From Campylobacterota bacterium (GTDB taxonomy: Bacteria > Campylobacterota > Campylobacteria > Campylobacterales > Arcobacteraceae), in contig JBNJFB010000004.1 of the NCBI GenBank assembly GCA_051746405.1, positions 1 to 64,000 of the forward strand: a DNA stretch of 64,000 bases, given 5' to 3'. Positions 21,065 through 30,113 of this stretch are shown in pieces. A model generated the notes under the pieces. That model had not been told where the DNA came from. It saw only the letters and a list, made by a program, of their open reading frames with translations, and did not search any database. The translations under genes were made by a program, and so were the position numbers. Numbering within the stretch: position 1 is the first letter of the stretch; each line of letters starts with the position of its first letter.

Positions 21065-23481
21065 AACTCATTATATTTATCACTACTTTTTGATGCTAAT
21101 GTCAGGCAGTACTCGGATTTTTTAAGAATATTTTCGCTGTTACCCCATGAAACTGCAATAGTAAGCTTAGGTACTATACTTTTATTATTAACTTTCAATA
21201 CTATTTCTTTGATTTCATTTATTATATTTTTATACTCTTTTTGGTTTTCTACAACAACTCCTATTCTTGGACCTTGAAGTCTATAGATTGTAGGAATTAT
21301 ATTTGCTACTTTATTTGCAAAGCTTTTAAATACTTCATCTCCCGTTTCATATGTATATTTATCATTTATCTCATTTAAGTTATTTAAATATAGCTCTAAA
21401 AACAGCAAATTATCTTGGTTTTTGTTTAGTTTTAAATCTTTTATCAACTTATTTATATTTTTTAATTTTGTAGTAGAATCAAAATATATAGGGATACTTT
21501 TTATATAGCTTATGATTAGGTTTACTAGATTTTGTTTTATATAGTCAATATTTTCATCATATATATTTGAGAAAACATGCTTATAAACTTTTGAGTAGGC
21601 TATTTTTAGTTTAAAGTTATTAACTAATGAAATCTCAATTTTATCAAAACCAAAATCAGATATTTCACAATTTTTTTCACAAAGTCCCTCTATTGTACAG
21701 TGTACTAATCCATGGAATATATCTCTTGAAATAAACTCTTGTATGTAGTTATTTAAAGTTTCATTATCTAATCCATCATTTGTAAATATTTCACTTACGA
21801 TATTTGATAGTTTTTGATTTATATTATATTTTGTTTCAAAATCAAATAAGCTACCGTAATTATCAATAGCCTTTTCACCTATTTTTATGTAATCGCAATC
21901 TTTTAAATTAATCTCATTTTCTAAGTTTAAGTCTGAAATAGATTTCTTTCCTAAGTTTATTAAAATTTTTCTATTAATCTCTTCAAACTCTTCATTTAAT
22001 AGTTTATTTGTATTTATACATGTATATTTATAGTAATACCTTTTTGAGTATTCATTACTAGATTTATCATAATGTGATGAAAAATATAGGGATAGTGATA
22101 AATATATTTTTGAGTATATTGCCATTAAGTGTGATGCAATTTTATTCTGTTCTATATATTGAATTATAGATTTATTTAGTTCATTTTTTATTGTATCATC
22201 TTTAAAGTTTGATAGCTTAATAATTATTATATCTATCAAATTGAGTTTGAAAAATTCATGATAGTCATTTTTAAATTTTTGTAATTCTAAAAGGGTTTGT
22301 AAAATTTTTACTAATTTTTCTTGTTGTATATTATTGCTATATAAAACTAAATAGAGCAAAATCTGCATATTTGAACTATTAAATCTTTGTTCATTTAAAA
22401 AATCATCAATAATCTCAAAGTGTAATAGCTTTTTATTATTTTGGCTGTTGTAAATATAAGAATAGTTATCCAATAAATCATTTTTTAAGTTCTGTAAATC
22501 ATCTATTTGAGATACTGTTTTATGTTCTATTAAATCTTCATATAAATCAAGTATTTCATGGAAAATCTCAATATCACTATATTCACTTGTTTCATAAAAG
22601 TTTTCTAGTTTATAAATTAAATTTGAAAGTAGTGTTGTTGCAGAGTTTAATAAAACCACATAGTATAACTCTTCTTTCTGCTCTCCTGCAAAGTTTGTAT
22701 TTTTAGATAGTTCATAGCCTGAAGATATTTTTTCAAGATTAAAAGTAAACTCATCTATAAGGTATTTTGCACTTTTATTTTTTATACTAATAAATGGAAT
22801 ATGAGAATAAAAAAACATAAGTTTCCCTAAAATATTATTTAAAATATTTATTTTCTCTTCGCTGAGTTTAATCTTGAATTTTGTGATATTTATTGTTTCA
22901 CTTATTGTCTCAATAATATCTCTTATGGTTTTTTTTCTTTGTAGGTCTGTTGAGTTTATGGTGCAAAGTTCATTTAACATCTCTATTAAAATGACATAGT
23001 GTCTAAAAGTAATTTCAAACATACTATTTTCATCACTAGATATATGTTCTAAAAGTTTATCCTCATACTCTCTAAAGAGTTCTGATAGATTATCAAGGTT
23101 ATAGAAGTTATAGTTTTCAAATACTTGATAATTCTTACCAAATGAGAGCAAATCAAGAATCAAAACAATCTGTTTAAACATAATAGTTGAATCATCAATA
23201 ATAATTTTATTCATTCTACTTTTAACATCATCATATATAAATGCTCTAAAGTCATTATTGTGAGTAATCTGTTCTTTGATATCATTTGGAATACTCTTGT
23301 TTTCTATATAAAGTTCACAAATATACTCTATCAAAGCTTTGTAGTTATCTTTCATATCATATAGAAATGATGAGTTTACTGTAAGTTGGATGTTATATTT
23401 ATTTAAGATATTTGAGATTTCTAAATCTTCATTTTCCATATCTAAGTATTCACTAACATCATTTTGTAATACACTATGCAT
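21058..23481 (-). CDS. Large helical protein with a degenerate C-terminal GGDEF-like domain
   Basis: DSTTKLKN, EINDKYTYETGDEVF, and YRLQGPRIG in place of RxGGDEF. Confidence 0.75.
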   Translation of the reverse strand: MHSVLQNDVSEYLDMENEDLEISNILNKYNIQLTVNSSFLYDMKDNYKALIEYICELYIENKSIPNDIKEQITHNNDFRAFIYDDVKSRMNKIIIDDSTIMFKQIVLILDLLSFGKNYQVFENYNFYNLDNLSELFREYEDKLLEHISSDENSMFEITFRHYVILIEMLNELCTINSTDLQRKKTIRDIIETISETINITKFKIKLSEEKINILNNILGKLMFFYSHIPFISIKNKSAKYLIDEFTFNLEKISSGYELSKNTNFAGEQKEELYYVVLLNSATTLLSNLIYKLENFYETSEYSDIEIFHEILDLYEDLIEHKTVSQIDDLQNLKNDLLDNYSYIYNSQNNKKLLHFEIIDDFLNEQRFNSSNMQILLYLVLYSNNIQQEKLVKILQTLLELQKFKNDYHEFFKLNLIDIIIIKLSNFKDDTIKNELNKSIIQYIEQNKIASHLMAIYSKIYLSLSLYFSSHYDKSSNEYSKRYYYKYTCINTNKLLNEEFEEINRKILINLGKKSISDLNLENEINLKDCDYIKIGEKAIDNYGSLFDFETKYNINQKLSNIVSEIFTNDGLDNETLNNYIQEFISRDIFHGLVHCTIEGLCEKNCEISDFGFDKIEISLVNNFKLKIAYSKVYKHVFSNIYDENIDYIKQNLVNLIISYIKSIPIYFDSTTKLKNINKLIKDLKLNKNQDNLLFLELYLNNLNEINDKYTYETGDEVFKSFANKVANIIPTIYRLQGPRIGVVVENQKEYKNIINEIKEIVLKVNNKSIVPKLTIAVSWGNSENILKKSEYCLTLASKSSDKYNEFK

Positions 23482-23527
23482 ACTTTTTCTCCAAAACTAT
23501 ATCTATTTAATTATATAATATTTTTAC

Positions 23528-24142
23528 TTATAATCCTTGTAAGATTATATTCCAAAGATATTCAACCTCTTCATCGCTAAGAGTTATTGGTTTTTTTTGT
23601 TCAAATAGATCTTTGATTTTTTCAATATTAAAAACTTTGCTGTAAGTGCATTTTGCATGAACTGGCAAAAAGCTTCTTACTAAACTAATATCTTCTTTTA
23701 TGCTTTTTTCACACAGTAAACACTCATAGTCTGTATGTAATCTTCCTTCATGCTCTAGTAAGTGTAAGTATGATTCACATATTGCTCTTAGGGCATTTTG
23801 TTTTATTAGAATATGATTTAGATGCTCTAATAAATAGAAATAGTAAGCATCAAGCTCTTCTAGTTCTCTTAAGTGAGGATAGAAAAGTTTTATATATCTT
23901 TGCCAACAGTACATTTTTTCATTGTCTAAAATCCATGGAAAGCCTAAATGAATAACATCTTTTAGTCTTGGGATATTTGCTTTTGTTGTTTCAAGTTCAA
24001 AATCTATTTTGTATCCCATATTTATATTAGAGTGCCTTGCTCCATAAAATCTATAGGTTGTATAAAGTCTATCTTCTGTTAATAGTGTAACAATTAAATC
24101 ATCATCTTTTACAGGTTTGATATCTATTATATATCCTTGCAA
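23528..24142 (-). CDS. recO: Recombination protein RecO (Campylobacterota type)
   Basis: MQGYII..YRFYGARHS N-terminus, EHEGRLH, CLLC..HAKC zinc ligands. Confidence 0.88.
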   Translation of the reverse strand: MQGYIIDIKPVKDDDLIVTLLTEDRLYTTYRFYGARHSNINMGYKIDFELETTKANIPRLKDVIHLGFPWILDNEKMYCWQRYIKLFYPHLRELEELDAYYFYLLEHLNHILIKQNALRAICESYLHLLEHEGRLHTDYECLLCEKSIKEDISLVRSFLPVHAKCTYSKVFNIEKIKDLFEQKKPITLSDEEVEYLWNIILQGL

Positions 24143-24269
24143 GTCTAATTGCTCCTATTTAATCTGTTTTATTAATGGAGTTATTGTAACAAATAGAAAC
24201 TAGTTAACAGCTTCAATAAAAATATATTTTTTTTATGTTAAAATATTTTAAAATTTTTAAGGAATTAAT

Positions 24270-24581
24270 ATGGCAGAATTTAAAAATGTCTCAATAGCAA
24301 AAGCTGCAAATATCCTTTTTGAGGGTAATATTACAAGTAGAAGTATTGAGTTTGAAGATGGTTCAAAAAAAACTTTAGGAATAATGCTTCCTGGAGAGTA
24401 TGAACTAAACACTGTTCATTCAGAAATAATGGATATTCAAAGAGGAAAAGTTGAGGTGATGTTACCAGCTGAGGACTGGGTTGAGTATAATGGTCCTGCA
24501 ACTTTTGAAGTTCCTTCAAACTCAAAATTTAAACTAAAAGTTCATACTTTAGTGGACTATTGTTGCTCTTTTATTAAATAA
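24270..24581 (+). CDS. ppnP: Pyrimidine/purine nucleoside phosphorylase (DUF1255)
   Basis: ANILFEG, KKTLGIMLPGEY, FEVPSNSKF. Confidence 0.85.
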   Translation: MAEFKNVSIAKAANILFEGNITSRSIEFEDGSKKTLGIMLPGEYELNTVHSEIMDIQRGKVEVMLPAEDWVEYNGPATFEVPSNSKFKLKVHTLVDYCCSFIK

Positions 24582-24587
24582 TGTTAA

Positions 24588-24609
24588 ACAATGCGATTAT
24601 TCGCATTGT
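24588..24609 (+). terminator. Stem-loop after ppnP
   Basis: ACAATGCGA-TTAT-TCGCATTGT. Confidence 0.6.
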
Positions 24610-24685
24610 ATAAATTTAAAATAATTTCACCCTCTAATCTTATTTTTTGATAGTATCTTAATTAAAAGTAGTATATAATCAGTGT

Positions 24686-25627
24686 ATGTCAAATACAAAA
24701 TACTATATTAAACTAATATTTTTTTCAATGTTATTTTTAAATTTGTATGCAAACACAGATTTATTTGAACCTTTACCAACTAAAATAGAGTATGACAAAG
24801 GCAAAGTGCATTTAGGTAGGGAGCTTTTTTTTGATAAATTATTATCAAAAAATAAAGATGTTTCATGTGCTTCATGTCATTCTGTTTATGGTGCAGACAA
24901 TAAAGATTATAGTTTAGGTACTAATAATCAAGTAGGAGATATAAATACACCATCACTTTTTAACTCAAATTTTAATTTAGCTTTTTTTTGGAATGGAAGA
25001 AGTAAAACATATAAAGACCAACTTCTAGATGGTCCCATATCAAATGAGCATGAAATGGGTAGTTCAAAATCGCTTATTGAAAGTAGGTTAATCTCATCAG
25101 CAAAATATAAAAGATTATTTAAAAAAGTTTATAATGAAAATCCAAATTTTGAAGATATGTTAGATGCAATATCAAGTTTTGAAAAAACTTTAATAACACC
25201 AAATGCAAAGTTTGATAGATACTTAAGAGGTGAAGTTAAGCTTTCAAAAAAAGAGGAAGCAGGATTAGAGTTATTTGTGAACTCAGGTTGTGCTTCATGT
25301 CATAATGGAGTTAATTTAGGTGGTAACTCTTATCAAAAGTTTGGTACTGTAGTTGAGTATGAAACTAAAGATAAAGGCTGGAAAGATAGGTATGAATATA
25401 CAAAAAATCCAGATGATAAAGATGTATTTAGGGTACCTAGCTTAAGAAATGTAACAAAAACAGCACCATATTTTCATGCAGGTAATATGTATAGTCTAAA
25501 AGATGCAATTAATGTAATGGGCTTTTATAATCTAGCTGTGGTATTTGATGAAGAGCAAATAGAAAAAATCGAAGCTTTTTTAAATACACTTACAGGTGAG
25601 TTACCTAAAACTTGGAAAGAAAAGTGA
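24686..25627 (+). CDS. Di-haem cytochrome c peroxidase (bCCP/MauG family)
   Basis: Signal peptide, two CASCH haem motifs, FWNGR, FRVPSLRNV, APYFH. Confidence 0.92.
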   Translation: MSNTKYYIKLIFFSMLFLNLYANTDLFEPLPTKIEYDKGKVHLGRELFFDKLLSKNKDVSCASCHSVYGADNKDYSLGTNNQVGDINTPSLFNSNFNLAFFWNGRSKTYKDQLLDGPISNEHEMGSSKSLIESRLISSAKYKRLFKKVYNENPNFEDMLDAISSFEKTLITPNAKFDRYLRGEVKLSKKEEAGLELFVNSGCASCHNGVNLGGNSYQKFGTVVEYETKDKGWKDRYEYTKNPDDKDVFRVPSLRNVTKTAPYFHAGNMYSLKDAINVMGFYNLAVVFDEEQIEKIEAFLNTLTGELPKTWKEK

Positions 25628-27642
25628 TGAAAACTCTAAATTTAAAATTTTTTATGATTATACTATTGTTAGTAGGTGTTTTTTATCTAGCAATAAATTT
25701 AAAAAAAGAGTTAGACTACTTTAATAAAAACTATAACTATTTAATTAGTGAAACATACAAGATAAAATATAATTGGAATGAGCACTTAAGTAAAGTTAGA
25801 GATTCTATAATATTTTTGCACTATAATAATGATAATATTATAAAAGAGATAAAGAAAAATGAAGCTTTTTTGAATAGTTTAGAAAATAAAAAAGAGTATA
25901 AAAATACTTTTGAAAGAATTGATGATTATAAAATTGCATATGAAAACAGTATTGAAACAATATATAAGTTTTTAAGGATAAATGCAAAAGTTAAAAATTC
26001 ATTGATTTATTTAGAAAATCAAATAAGACATATAAGTACATATGAAAAAGAGTATGCAAATAAATTAGCGAAGATTGTATCTGAATTTGTTGTTATTAAA
26101 AGTTCATTGAACTCTAATATGAAAGTTTCAAAAGAGCTTTATGACTATTTTAATGCAAAAAGTACTAAAGAGATAACTGATTATCATCTAAATTTTTTGC
26201 ATATTGATGTTCTTTACGAAAATATACCAAAATTAGAAGAGTTATTTACAAAATTAAGTAACTCTAAACTTAACAGTATTAATAATGACATTTTTACTTT
26301 AATAGACCAAGAGTCAAAACTATTAAAAGAAAAAATTGAGTTTAAATTCTACTTAGTATTAATGGCTTATATAGTATCTATATTGATTATTATATATTAT
26401 GTTGATAAATCAAGACGAGATACTAGTAATATTTTAAGATTAAAAAATGAAAAGCAAAAAAGTTTACTTTATGATGACTTAACTGGACTTTTAAATAGAG
26501 CTTCATACTCAATTGATTCAGCAAAAGATGATAAGGCTGTGATTCTAATTGATATTATTGATTTTAGTAAAATAAACTCAATGATAGGTTATGAGGGTGG
26601 TGATTTCTTACTAAAAGATATCGCAAAACTTTTATCAAAAAGATTTAAAAAAGTTTATAGAGTAGGAGTTGATCATTTTGTTATTCTTTTTAAGCATGGT
26701 GATACTAAAAAACTTGAAAGTATAGCACGAGATTTAATAGTAACTTTTGATGAAAATAGATTTGTTTATAGGTCAATAGAGATACCTGTGAGTATTAATA
26801 TAGGTATTTCAAATAAAAAATCATATTTAAAAAATGCAGAAGTTGCCATATCAAAATCCCAAGGTAGTTTTCAAAGAGTTACAGTATATAAAGACTCAAT
26901 GAATGAAAGCCAAAAGATTTTAGAAAACTTTAATATGCTTTCAAAAGTTAAAGTAGCCCTTGAAAATGACTCTATAAGACCATTTTTTCAACCAATAGTT
27001 GATTTAAAAACTAGAGAAATTACAAGATATGAAGCTTTAGTTAGACTTATTGATGAAGAGAAAATAGTAAGTCCATTTTTCTTTTTGGATATTACAAAAA
27101 AATCAAAACTTTATCCATCTATTACAAAAATAGTTGTTAAAAAATCTTTGGAGTTTATACGAAGAGAAAAAATAAGTGTTTCAGTGAATCTATCTTATCA
27201 AGATATTATTGATTATAATACTATGAGTTACTTATCAAAAATAATAAATGAAAATAAAGATATATCAAAATTTGTAACCTTTGAGATTTTAGAGAGTGAT
27301 GAAATATCAAATTATGAGTATATTTATAGCTTTATAGAAGAGTTTAAAGAGTATGGATGTAAGATTGCTATTGATGATTTTGGTAGCGGATACTCTAATT
27401 TTACTGAACTTTTTAATATGAACCCAGATATTTTAAAAATTGATGGAAGTTTAATAAGAGATATTCATAGAAGTGAAAACTCAAGAAATATAGTAAAAGC
27501 AATGGTTGATTTATCTTTAAAAAGTGGTATAAAAACTGTTGCAGAGTTTGTTGACGATGAAGAGGTTCATACAATCATAAGAGAGCTTGGAGTTGATTAT
27601 GGACAAGGATTCTTATATGGAAAGCCTACAGATATCTTGTAA
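25627..27642 (+). CDS. Membrane sensor (helical periplasmic, DAHL-like) with degenerate GGDEF and intact EAL domain; probable c-di-GMP phosphodiesterase
   Basis: Two TM helices; DDLTGLLNR, RVGVDHF; EALVR, DDFGSGYSN, KIDGS, AEFV, QGF. ATG overlaps the peroxidase TGA. Confidence 0.9.
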   Translation: MKTLNLKFFMIILLLVGVFYLAINLKKELDYFNKNYNYLISETYKIKYNWNEHLSKVRDSIIFLHYNNDNIIKEIKKNEAFLNSLENKKEYKNTFERIDDYKIAYENSIETIYKFLRINAKVKNSLIYLENQIRHISTYEKEYANKLAKIVSEFVVIKSSLNSNMKVSKELYDYFNAKSTKEITDYHLNFLHIDVLYENIPKLEELFTKLSNSKLNSINNDIFTLIDQESKLLKEKIEFKFYLVLMAYIVSILIIIYYVDKSRRDTSNILRLKNEKQKSLLYDDLTGLLNRASYSIDSAKDDKAVILIDIIDFSKINSMIGYEGGDFLLKDIAKLLSKRFKKVYRVGVDHFVILFKHGDTKKLESIARDLIVTFDENRFVYRSIEIPVSINIGISNKKSYLKNAEVAISKSQGSFQRVTVYKDSMNESQKILENFNMLSKVKVALENDSIRPFFQPIVDLKTREITRYEALVRLIDEEKIVSPFFFLDITKKSKLYPSITKIVVKKSLEFIRREKISVSVNLSYQDIIDYNTMSYLSKIINENKDISKFVTFEILESDEISNYEYIYSFIEEFKEYGCKIAIDDFGSGYSNFTELFNMNPDILKIDGSLIRDIHRSENSRNIVKAMVDLSLKSGIKTVAEFVDDEEVHTIIRELGVDYGQGFLYGKPTDIL

Positions 27643-27713
27643 AAAATCATTTAATAGTATCAATATAGGTACTATTTACTGCAATACTGCATTATATATT
27701 GTATATTAAGCTT

Positions 27714-27730
27714 ACAGTAAGCCTTACTGT
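27714..27730. promoter_or_regulatory. Dyad upstream of the riboswitch (possible operator)
   Basis: ACAGTAAG-C-CTTACTGT perfect 8-bp inverted repeat. Confidence 0.45.
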
Positions 27731-27744
27731 GTAAAAATATAAAT

Positions 27745-27824
27745 AACTTAATAGCCAAACCTATTGTGAGATAGGGACGGAAAGCCACGGGTCTTAAGCG
27801 TATGAAGATAGCCGGGTTGTAGTT
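27745..27824 (+). ncRNA. Cyclic di-GMP-I (GEMM) class riboswitch, G20/U92 variant
   Basis: P1 AACT/AGTT; GCCAAA-CCTATT-GTGA-GATAGG-GACGGAAAGCCACGGGTCT...AGATAGCCGGGTTG; lies in the 5' UTR of flp. Confidence 0.93.
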
Positions 27825-27868
27825 TCTTACAACTTACTACTTCATTATAAATTACACAGGAGAATAAA

Positions 27869-28069
27869 ATGTTAGAATTTTTAAAAAGAAGATTAAAAAA
27901 CGAAAATGGTGCAATGGATAAAATCCTTGTAACACTACTTTTAGTAATAGTTGGTGTTGGTGCTGTTGTTGGACTTAGTACTTGGGTGGATACTGAAACT
28001 ACAAATGTTAAAGATGCAGCCACATCAAAAATAGAATCAGTTACAGCTGATTCAAATGGAACTAACTAA
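27869..28069 (+). CDS. flp: Flp-like major pilin (atypical signal)
   Basis: 66 aa; basic leader ending NENG, then a hydrophobic helix; AGGAG RBS; first gene of the Tad locus. Confidence 0.8.
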   Translation: MLEFLKRRLKNENGAMDKILVTLLLVIVGVGAVVGLSTWVDTETTNVKDAATSKIESVTADSNGTN

Positions 28070-28073
28070 TAAA

Positions 28074-28092
28074 CCCCACTTTTAAAGTGGGG
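28074..28092 (+). terminator. Stem-loop after flp (leaky terminator or mRNA stabiliser)
   Basis: CCCCACTT..AAGTGGGG hairpin without a U tract. Confidence 0.6.
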
Positions 28093-28099
28093 ATTATAT

Positions 28100-28537
28100 A
28101 TGTTTTTAATAAGTTTTTATATATTTTCAATTTTTTTATCATACACTGATTATAAATATCTATTAGTACCAAATAAGATAGTTTTTGCAATGGTACTTAT
28201 GATGTTATCTTTTGGTTTAATGGAGTCTAAAATATATATAAGCTCTATTGTTTTATCACTTACTGTTTTGATTTTTTTTATTGCACTTATGCTTTTAAAA
28301 AAAGATTTATTTATAGGTGGTGGGGATATAAAGTATTTGATGGTAATAGCTTTATATTTAGATATTGTACTGTTTTCATATTTTTTGATTATTACAGGAG
28401 TTTTACAAACACTCTTTTTACTCTATAATCAATTAATAAAAAATAGAGATATGGCACCTATGGTTCCAGTTATGTTTTTATCTGTAGTTATTGTAGAGTT
28501 TTTGAATATTTATTGGGGTTTTTATGACATTAAATGA
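28100..28537 (+). CDS. tadV: Prepilin peptidase A24 (TadV/CpaA)
   Basis: TDYKYLLVPN and GGGDIK aspartates; polytopic membrane protein. Confidence 0.88.
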   Translation: MFLISFYIFSIFLSYTDYKYLLVPNKIVFAMVLMMLSFGLMESKIYISSIVLSLTVLIFFIALMLLKKDLFIGGGDIKYLMVIALYLDIVLFSYFLIITGVLQTLFLLYNQLIKNRDMAPMVPVMFLSVVIVEFLNIYWGFYDIK

Positions 28538-30113
28538 GTACGAAGAAAAAGTTGAATTAAATAAACAAAATCTATCAATCACAACTCAAATTGAAGAGTT
28601 TATAGAACTATTTAATGATGTGGCGAATATAAAGTACTCATCATACTATAAATATGACTATGAGTATAATGATTTTTTTTATAAATTTACTATTAATAGT
28701 GATGGTGAATTAGTAAAGCAGTTACCTAAAAATCAAAAGAAGTATAGGCTTTTGTTAAGACAAAAAGGTATTGTATTTGGTTATATAGAAATTTATGAAA
28801 AAATAAAATCAACTTCTGTACTAAAAAAACTTCTAGAAAAAATCAAAAAGTACTTAAAATATCAAAGGGAGTTAGAAAAGAAACTTTCAGGTTCTGATAT
28901 ATCTTTTAATATCTATATTTTTCATGACGATGATTCTGAAATGTTTGCTAAAAACTTAAATGATGGATTAAATGGTCTATTTAATGTGGATGTAACTATC
29001 TCTAATAGTGTAAAAAAGTATAAATCTATTTTAAGAAATAAAGATACTAAACATATTATGATATTTTTAGTAAGTGATGAAACTCTTTTGAAACAGAATG
29101 AAAAACTACTAAAAAACTTAAATGAATTAATAATAGTAATAGGACCAAATGAGCATAAACTATCCATCTTCTGTGGTCGATTAGGGATACAAAACTATAT
29201 CCCAATAAATCAATTTAGAGCAGATAGCATAAAAGAGATAATAGTAAATACAAGAAATAACTTAATAAATAAAAATAAATATGGTAATAGAATTATTGCA
29301 GTAAGTGGTATTTCAGGTGGTATTGGAACAACTACAGTTTGTATGAATATGGCAGATATGTTATCCCAAAACCTTCCTAATAAAAATATTTTATATATTG
29401 ATTTATCTACTACAAAAGCTATTAGTAACCTTTTTTTAGAAAAAAATCCCTTGCCACAAAAAACAGTTGTTGATTTAGTAAATAGTAGTGAGTTTAATTT
29501 AGAGAGTAATCTTGAAAATGGTTTAGTAAAAATAAGAGAAAACTTTTATGGTGTGACAGGAATTCAAAAACATATTGACAAAGAGTATCTTCAAAAAGAT
29601 GTTTTTATAGAAAAGCTACTTGAGTACATCTCTTCATCAAGTGATTTTTTTAACTTTATAATTATTGACGTGGGTTTGGCAGATGCTTCAAATATTAAGA
29701 CAACAATTTATGATATTGTAAATGAAATATGGCTTTTAACTGAGATGAATTTACCTCATATTTCTAAGGTTAAGACTTTTTATTCACTAATGAAAAGGGC
29801 TGGTTTAAAAGAAAAAATCTCATTTATTGTAAATAGATATGACTCTCAAAATGCAATATCTGTAAATGATGTCTCTTCGATTTTAAATATGGCAAGTGGT
29901 GATAAAATACAGTTTGATGAGTATAAAATACCAAATGACTATCAAACTTTAGGAAAGTGTTGGAACTATTGTGATTTGGCTAGTCAAAAAGCTAAAAACT
30001 CTCTTTTTATTGAGAAGTTAGATGATATTTTGATTAAAAAAGAGTTCTATTCAAGTACAAAAGAGACTAAAGAGTTAAGTTTTTTTAAAAGACTGTTTCA
30101 AAAGAGTAAGTAA
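28524..30113 (+). CDS. TadZ/CpaE-like ParA/MinD-family protein with an extended N-terminus
   Basis: SGISGGIGTTT Walker A-like, LYIDL, FIIIDVG, IVNRYD, IPND. Confidence 0.78.
   Translation: MTLNEYEEKVELNKQNLSITTQIEEFIELFNDVANIKYSSYYKYDYEYNDFFYKFTINSDGELVKQLPKNQKKYRLLLRQKGIVFGYIEIYEKIKSTSVLKKLLEKIKKYLKYQRELEKKLSGSDISFNIYIFHDDDSEMFAKNLNDGLNGLFNVDVTISNSVKKYKSILRNKDTKHIMIFLVSDETLLKQNEKLLKNLNELIIVIGPNEHKLSIFCGRLGIQNYIPINQFRADSIKEIIVNTRNNLINKNKYGNRIIAVSGISGGIGTTTVCMNMADMLSQNLPNKNILYIDLSTTKAISNLFLEKNPLPQKTVVDLVNSSEFNLESNLENGLVKIRENFYGVTGIQKHIDKEYLQKDVFIEKLLEYISSSSDFFNFIIIDVGLADASNIKTTIYDIVNEIWLLTEMNLPHISKVKTFYSLMKRAGLKEKISFIVNRYDSQNAISVNDVSSILNMASGDKIQFDEYKIPNDYQTLGKCWNYCDLASQKAKNSLFIEKLDDILIKKEFYSSTKETKELSFFKRLFQKSK

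Noticed and set aside
26460..26900. Hypr (cGAMP-synthesising) GGDEF that could match the variant riboswitch
   Set aside because: The specificity Asp (GGD) is retained and the signature is degenerate (GVDHF).
27748..28023. 91-aa minus-strand ORF
   Set aside because: Antisense to flp and the riboswitch; no RBS or family features.
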